Positions 58,227-64,000 of a stretch of 64,000 nucleotides of DNA are shown one piece after another. The notes beneath the pieces are model-generated. The model worked only from the letters and a program-made list of their open reading frames with translations. It had not been told where the DNA came from and made no database searches. This stretch comes from a virus (lineage: Duplodnaviria > Caudoviricetes). The stretch spans positions 32,001-96,000 of the IMG/VR virus record IMGVR_UViG_642918906_000001. One strand, written 5' to 3'. How positions within the stretch are numbered: position 1 is the first letter of the stretch; every line of letters starts with the position of its first letter. The position numbers were made by a program, and so were the translations under genes.

Positions 58227-59460
58227 TGCCGAAATTCTTGATAACCAAACCCAGACACTTGAAGAAGTGTTGGATAAACTCCATTCGCGTTCAGATGAAC
58301 CTTTGGAGAAAGCTGTAGCAGTAGACGTAGGTAATGATGCACTGCATGTTGCAGTTGAGTGCTTACGCACGCTTTCTGATCTGCACCGAACGATTGCAGT
58401 AGAAGGCGTGTCTAAAGACGATGTAAGCGCACTCAGAGCGATTCAAGCCAGAATGCAGCCATACATCCGTCTTCCATCTAAAGTCGCCTTAGAAGCGTAT
58501 GAGGGACTATTCACGCCTAACCGCACGATGATCAACCAGACCATCTCGCAGGAAGCTACATTGGCTGAGTTTGGTAAGACTCTGAAAGAATGGTTCTTTA
58601 TCTTCGTTGACTTTATCATTCGCGTATCCGATTGGTGCCGACGTGTATGGAACTCCGAAGACGCCATTCGTTTACGACTGAAGAATATGGATAGTAATCT
58701 TCAGTCGATGTACAACCAGGTCAATGAGTTAATCAAGTACAACGCCAAGTTTGGACGTGACGCTGAGCCAGATCTGCTCAAGATCAGTGAACTGGTATTA
58801 GCCGATCCTAAACTGACTCGCTCCAATGCCATGCTGATTGCGTTTAACGTACCTGCTAAAGATGGTATTATCAAAGTCATGGATCGTGATGCCGATCGTT
58901 TATTTAATTCGATGATGAAAGACCTCGTTTCTTTCAAATTGCATATCGAGCAAAATAAACCTATCGGTTATCTTATCGACTACGGTAAAGAGTTTACTGA
59001 AATCGCTAGTTGCTTAGAAGCGTTGACTGTTGCGGTTGACGACCAAGATTTCTTCAAAGATAATCTCTCGTTAGATTTCTGGAAGAATCCTAAACAACTA
59101 GTGTCTCGCCAAATCTTTGCACCATCGCACAACATCGATCAGGTACAGCGACTCGCTAAAGAAATTAGATCTATTAAACGTAACTCTAATTTTGATGCGC
59201 TCGAAGATGCGGATGTTCTGGCAACGGTTATTGAAAACCTGTCGGAAGCGGTTAAAGGTTTAGAACGAATCATTAAGTTCAAACAACAGCTGTACGCTGA
59301 CTGTTATAAAGTTTCCGCTACATACGCTAACTTCTATATCCGTGCTCGTGATCACATCGAGGAAACTCTTCGTGCTAACGTAGCTGATGATATTGAAGCT
59401 AAGGTAATGGAACGTTTAACCAAAGCTTGGGAAGAGCTCCTTAAGCGGATGGGTGTTTAA
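58216..59460 (+). CDS. Virion head protein with cleavable propeptide
   Basis: AAGGAGG SD; AVE, ALE and SQE sites, then LKEWF-type helical domain as in phiKZ head paralogs. Confidence 0.75.
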   Translation: MLTDAEILDNQTQTLEEVLDKLHSRSDEPLEKAVAVDVGNDALHVAVECLRTLSDLHRTIAVEGVSKDDVSALRAIQARMQPYIRLPSKVALEAYEGLFTPNRTMINQTISQEATLAEFGKTLKEWFFIFVDFIIRVSDWCRRVWNSEDAIRLRLKNMDSNLQSMYNQVNELIKYNAKFGRDAEPDLLKISELVLADPKLTRSNAMLIAFNVPAKDGIIKVMDRDADRLFNSMMKDLVSFKLHIEQNKPIGYLIDYGKEFTEIASCLEALTVAVDDQDFFKDNLSLDFWKNPKQLVSRQIFAPSHNIDQVQRLAKEIRSIKRNSNFDALEDADVLATVIENLSEAVKGLERIIKFKQQLYADCYKVSATYANFYIRARDHIEETLRANVADDIEAKVMERLTKAWEELLKRMGV

Positions 59461-59500
59461 CGACATAAAGCCCCGGCCTTTCGGTCGGGGCAATATGCTG
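59461..59500. terminator. Bidirectional terminator
   Basis: CGACATAAAGCCCCGGCC-TTTC-GGTCGGGGCAATATGCTG. Confidence 0.85.
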
Positions 59501-59502
59501 TC

Positions 59503-62427
59503 TTACACTGGATCTAACGTATGACGCAACCAGTTGAATGTCAGGTCATCTTCAATGGTCAACTCTTGGTTAGGGAGTACAACCAGTTTCTGACGTACCG
59601 ACAATCGAACTGCATCGTCTTCTACGGTGATGATTGCAAAGTTATTGCTACCACCCAAACCAGTAGCTTCAATAGCCATTACTTCTTCACCAGAGGTTTC
59701 AGTCAAGCGTGCTACAGCTTCAGACATACTGATCGTACTACGTGCCAAGAACTCCGCAATGGTAGTCTTGGTGTTAGAGATCAAGCCTGGTCGAATAGTT
59801 GGGTTGGTGTACCCAGACTTACTCAGGTAGTAGTTCAGGTTAAATGCCTGATCAACTGGAACAGTGAGTTGCTGACCTTCACGAATACTAACCAGCGTAT
59901 CACCATAAGTAGTAGTCGGATACAGGAACAGCTCAGCCTCACCCAACAGTCTAGCGTCGAGTAATTCGATATCGTTCTGAATCCAAGTTACCAACTGCAT
60001 CGGAATCTCAGTTGCATAGGCTGCTGCTTCCCGTTCATTAGCAAAGTAGTATTTACCATCGACCATGAACAAGGTAGTTTCATATTTCAATTTACGTGGT
60101 GCAATCAAAATAGGATTACCATCAGCATCATGGATTGGATCACCTGCCATATGTTCGTAAACGGGTTGACCATCATCTGTTAAAATAGGGTCACCTGCAC
60201 GATGAAGGATCTTGTATTCCAAACTACCGTCAGGTTTGATATTGATGATAACGTTACCGTTAGCGTCCGTTTCGTAGATAGTCTGACTGTAGTAAGCTGG
60301 TACGTTAAACTCATACTTCTGATAAGACTCAGAACTAATCACTGGTCGACTACGACGCCACAGCCGGGTCAATTCGTAACCAAATACCGTATTCAAAGAC
60401 TCGCGTGTCACACACATGAACTGCGCTGGTAGCAAATGGGTTTGTACCATCTCATCGAGGTCGTTCGGTTTATACCCTGGGGTTACCGAGTTAACAACAA
60501 TGATCGTTACAGCCAACTCACTATTAAGTGGAGCGAAGTAGTTGTTCTGTACGGTGCTAAACATACTCATGTTCAACGTACGAAGTTCGTTAGCAGAGTT
60601 AACATCAAAGTTAGTCATGATATCGAACTGATAGATCGGCTCATTATCTTGACGTCCAATGAAAGTACCGTTCACAGAGGCCCAACGGTTTTCACCAGTA
60701 GGACGATAACCAAGTTGTAACACCACTTGATCATCTTCCAGCAACTTAAACTGTTCGCCCGTCTCAAGCATTACCCGAATACGGTAACCACCATCAATGC
60801 GAGTAATATCGTAAGAACTAATAGCTGCCTGTAGGTTAGCCGTGTCGTTCTCACCGATAAAGGTCTTACTCAGGATGGTTGGATTATCCAAGTAATAAGG
60901 TCGCATCTCAAAGTTATCGTTAGCGATGTCCATTACGTTGTGCAATGGGGAATACACGTAACGAGCGTCATTGACTTCACGTGCACACTGTTCTGCTGGA
61001 ATAGTGTTGAGTCTGGTGATCTCTGAATCAGGCAACGGGGTAACTTTCCCATTACTGTAGTTATACAGCATGCTAGGGAAAATAGTCAAACGATTGCCGT
61101 TATCCGAAACATGGGTGGACCCACCCAAAGTTTCCATATCAAAGGTAATCTCAGACATGGCTACGCCTGCACCAGAGGTTACATCTAAACTACGAGATGT
61201 AGGCATCTGGCGGGACGCCAAGAATTGAAGGTTGGTGATGTCATCGACGTTAGTAACCAGACTATAGCCACGACGATCCAAAGCTGAACCCAATTGCACG
61301 TTAGTGATAGGTACTTGCAGAGGACCCAGTGTATTGTTAATCACTTGCTCACGCAGTGCGGCAAAGGTCATTGCATTGGAACCACCACTGACGCGCCCAC
61401 GTGCCAAGACCTGTTGCGTGGTCAGAGTGTTCATAGGTGCAGTGAAAGTTGGATCATCATCAATCGAGTTATATTTAACAGAGAAATCGGTTTCTGCCAA
61501 CGTCGAGAAGTCTAGGTCTACTGGTCCCTGAGTCGTGTAGATGTCAAGTCGAATACTACCAGTTGCCATACCAGTCGTTACGTACACAACCGGAATAGTC
61601 GCTGTAAGTGTATTGGTGGTAAGTTTAAGCACCACTGTGAGTTTCATTGGATCGTAAGTCAATGCACTATGTGTAGTATTGATCTCAGTCCAAGTAGCCT
61701 CGTTATCTGTTGAGATATAAGCCCGAGCATAGAAGAACTGGCTATTCAGTGGATAAGACTTCTGGAACAAAGCTGACGGGTTCAGTGTGTCAGTATAGGT
61801 AGTAATACCAAACTGTTGAACTGGGATAGTCATTACCATCAAACGCCGACGCAGATTGTCTACCTTGGAAGTCATCATCTGCCATTGCACGATGTTGGTA
61901 GTCAGAGTTTCTACAGGAGATACCTTATCCAATACATATTCAACAGTCACACCACCATGGCGCATTACCGTCATTTGGATTGGGTACTGCATAGTGAACG
62001 GCATCTTACCAGCACTGAACTGGGTAAGGCGTGGAATAACCAGACGCTTTAACCCTTGATCACCATACGGTACTGCTTTGGCGATGATCTCGTCGTAATC
62101 AACCACTAACATGAATGGTGTACTGGCTGGGTTAGCGAACCGACCCAGATAATCATCATCCGCCATGTGAGCATAAAGGTCATCGGGTGTAACAGCTTGT
62201 CGACCATACAGTCGCCGCATAGAAGCTTCAGTATGGTTAACGTTGGCAGCAGTTTCCATACTACCACATTCCATCAAAAATACAAATGGGATTGTACCAT
62301 CGGGTACGTCAAAAGTTGGATTGTTTGGATCTGGATTCAATTGAGAGTCCAGCTCATTCAACGCCAAAGCTTGAATCAAACTTGGGTTGTTGAGAATTTC
62401 ATAAAGGTTATCTTTAAAACTACTCAT
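59503..62427 (-). CDS. Virion baseplate wedge-like protein (phiKZ gp87-like)
   Basis: 974 aa, beta-rich, YTTQG and VSGGSN...LRE (gp6/BaseplateJ-like GG-x-D/N motif). Confidence 0.75.
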   Translation of the reverse strand: MSSFKDNLYEILNNPSLIQALALNELDSQLNPDPNNPTFDVPDGTIPFVFLMECGSMETAANVNHTEASMRRLYGRQAVTPDDLYAHMADDDYLGRFANPASTPFMLVVDYDEIIAKAVPYGDQGLKRLVIPRLTQFSAGKMPFTMQYPIQMTVMRHGGVTVEYVLDKVSPVETLTTNIVQWQMMTSKVDNLRRRLMVMTIPVQQFGITTYTDTLNPSALFQKSYPLNSQFFYARAYISTDNEATWTEINTTHSALTYDPMKLTVVLKLTTNTLTATIPVVYVTTGMATGSIRLDIYTTQGPVDLDFSTLAETDFSVKYNSIDDDPTFTAPMNTLTTQQVLARGRVSGGSNAMTFAALREQVINNTLGPLQVPITNVQLGSALDRRGYSLVTNVDDITNLQFLASRQMPTSRSLDVTSGAGVAMSEITFDMETLGGSTHVSDNGNRLTIFPSMLYNYSNGKVTPLPDSEITRLNTIPAEQCAREVNDARYVYSPLHNVMDIANDNFEMRPYYLDNPTILSKTFIGENDTANLQAAISSYDITRIDGGYRIRVMLETGEQFKLLEDDQVVLQLGYRPTGENRWASVNGTFIGRQDNEPIYQFDIMTNFDVNSANELRTLNMSMFSTVQNNYFAPLNSELAVTIIVVNSVTPGYKPNDLDEMVQTHLLPAQFMCVTRESLNTVFGYELTRLWRRSRPVISSESYQKYEFNVPAYYSQTIYETDANGNVIINIKPDGSLEYKILHRAGDPILTDDGQPVYEHMAGDPIHDADGNPILIAPRKLKYETTLFMVDGKYYFANEREAAAYATEIPMQLVTWIQNDIELLDARLLGEAELFLYPTTTYGDTLVSIREGQQLTVPVDQAFNLNYYLSKSGYTNPTIRPGLISNTKTTIAEFLARSTISMSEAVARLTETSGEEVMAIEATGLGGSNNFAIITVEDDAVRLSVRQKLVVLPNQELTIEDDLTFNWLRHTLDPV

Positions 62428-63506
62428 TAAGGAGTTCCTGTGGTAGTGCCTGCCGCGCGATCGGCATCACGAATAGTGGATGTAAGGTTACCGCCAAACT
62501 TGGCAGCGTAAGTACTTTTAAGCACATGCCATTCTAATTCGTTATGGGCCTCTACGTTGATGTAGGGATATGCTTCGAAGTTGAACCAGTTAAGTTCGTT
62601 GTACCCTAACTTTACAGTTTGGACACCACGATTACCATCTTTCATGGCATCGTTGAATTCCTGGACCAATTCGTTAAACTCATAAATTAAGATGTAGTCG
62701 TAAATAGTCATTCCCATACAACGCCAACTAAAGTTCAGTTGATCGCTTACGGTTTGATAAGGAGTTTCCGAACCGTCACCCGTGAAGTTAATACCTTGAC
62801 CAGTTGGAGCGTTCATCGGTAATGCAGCACCACATGCAGCGATACGCTGAACGTAGGTTTTAGTTGAGTCCATTACCAAACGGTAAAATCGAGTGTTAGC
62901 ATCGTATTCATTTAATAGCACGAGTTCAGGATAGGGCATAATGCGCCCTTCCCGGTTCAAACCCATATAGGTTTGCCACATGTACATCATCCATGATATA
63001 GGATCGCCATCAATATTTCGGCAGGTCATTTGTAAATCGTAAGTTCCGTATTGATACGGGACATCATCGACATACGACATCGCATCACGGTAGACTCCGG
63101 GTGCAGTGGTACTCAAGTTTAATGTGAAGTCTTCCCATCCGGTAAGACTAATCATGTTATTCGTAAGCAGTGGAATAAAAGGTTGGAGTGGGTCTACACC
63201 CGGACACCAATCTGGACCATTTGCTTTATGTGCCTCTGGATCAAGGTACGCCCGGACACGGCGTTCAATACTGTGTGGATTTGGATTGAGCAACATTTGA
63301 AGTCGTCGATCGACCATGCAATTAGCTTCGGACAAATTCAGATATGGACGCGTGACAAACGTATAACCATGGTTCTCTGTATTGAGGGGAACGGAGTTGT
63401 TTCGTCCGGTAATATTTAACCCACGAAACGTATCGTATATTGATTGATCACGCGGTGATAAACCCGAGTTCTTGATGATCTGATTGATGAAATCGTTTAA
63501 AGCCAT
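62427..63506 (-). CDS. Virion tail/baseplate protein (phiKZ gp88-like)
   Basis: G-x-x-F-x-TRP-x-LNL, Y-x-x-R-x-YRLV motifs of tube-initiator type; coupled to the next gene. Confidence 0.7.
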   Translation of the reverse strand: MALNDFINQIIKNSGLSPRDQSIYDTFRGLNITGRNNSVPLNTENHGYTFVTRPYLNLSEANCMVDRRLQMLLNPNPHSIERRVRAYLDPEAHKANGPDWCPGVDPLQPFIPLLTNNMISLTGWEDFTLNLSTTAPGVYRDAMSYVDDVPYQYGTYDLQMTCRNIDGDPISWMMYMWQTYMGLNREGRIMPYPELVLLNEYDANTRFYRLVMDSTKTYVQRIAACGAALPMNAPTGQGINFTGDGSETPYQTVSDQLNFSWRCMGMTIYDYILIYEFNELVQEFNDAMKDGNRGVQTVKLGYNELNWFNFEAYPYINVEAHNELEWHVLKSTYAAKFGGNLTSTIRDADRAAGTTTGTP

Positions 63507-63542
63507 TTTAATTAACCTCTTTTAAAATTAAAGGAAGAGACT

Positions 63543-64000
63543 ATGACATTACCAATTGTTGCCGCAGCCGCTGCCGGAGACGTAAAAGCTATCGGTCGAG
63601 AGCTTATGTCCACTGTATTGACTGCCGCAAAAGCCTCTACGCGAGTGTCTTCGCTGGCTGACCTGGCTAAACCATGCCGTGTCGAACCCATTACCCTTAT
63701 CGACCAGAGCATTGCTGATCAGCCTTACATTACTGATCTGATGAAACTGACAGTTAGTATGTTTGCCGGTTACTACTTGCAAGCGGTTAACATGGTAATG
63801 GGTGTCGGTCGAATTGATACGATGAAAGTGTTTGACACACTGAACCCTGAACGTAGTTTGGGTGGTCTTGCGTTTGAATCTCATCGTGCCGCTGTATATG
63901 ATCCGGCTACTTATAGCAATGGTCTGCCATCGCTTGAAGCTTTCAGCCAACCTATGCGTCGTGGCTTGATCGCCGAATACTCCCAAGAGAAGTTTGAAGA
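63543..64000 (+). CDS. Virion head/inner-body protein (phiKZ gp89-like), 3'-truncated by the window edge
   Basis: AAGGA SD, open to the window end; SSL...RVEP, FAGYYLQAV, LNP; AFE/SLE/SQE processing-type sites. Confidence 0.75.
   Translation, partial: MTLPIVAAAAAGDVKAIGRELMSTVLTAAKASTRVSSLADLAKPCRVEPITLIDQSIADQPYITDLMKLTVSMFAGYYLQAVNMVMGVGRIDTMKVFDTLNPERSLGGLAFESHRAAVYDPATYSNGLPSLEAFSQPMRRGLIAEYSQEKFE

Noticed and set aside
63549-63986. 145-aa minus-strand ORF
   Set aside because: Shadow of the plus-strand head-protein gene starting at 63543, which the track missed because it has no stop in the window

Overview
This 64 kb window is part of the genome of a nucleus-forming phiKZ-like jumbo phage (Chimalliviridae). 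The PhuZ and 631-aa chimallin sequences match, from memory, those of Pseudomonas chlororaphis phage 201phi2-1, so it is probably that phage or a very close relative. It carries the core of the phage-nucleus system: PhuZ tubulin (truncated at the window edge), chimallin ChmA, a ChmC-like RNA-binding protein and a PicA/Imp1-like import factor. It also carries four non-virion RNAP subunits (all intron-free), one virion RNAP beta' subunit, a family-B DNA polymerase split into two genes about 40 kb apart, an SbcD nuclease, an SF2 helicase, and head and baseplate genes. Accessory operons contain several tandem paralog arrays and candidate anti-defence genes (Acb4/Gp49-like, NADAR-like, MazG-like, a tyrosine phosphatase). 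Regulatory DNA includes a conserved early promoter (TATATTAC-Tnnn-GTG) and a family of hairpin terminators with conserved flanks. Less obvious signals: a multi-hairpin chmA 3' UTR, a capsid-like domain and a 23-aa Cys4 micro-ORF between chmA and the RNAP gene, a 7-gene putative paralog operon where phiKZ import factors map, an in-frame TGA joining two ORFs, an exact 30-bp duplicated promoter, and a cloverleaf-like intergenic structure. I found no tRNA, rRNA, CRISPR array or mobile element. All phiKZ gp equivalences come from recalled synteny and motifs, not from a database search.
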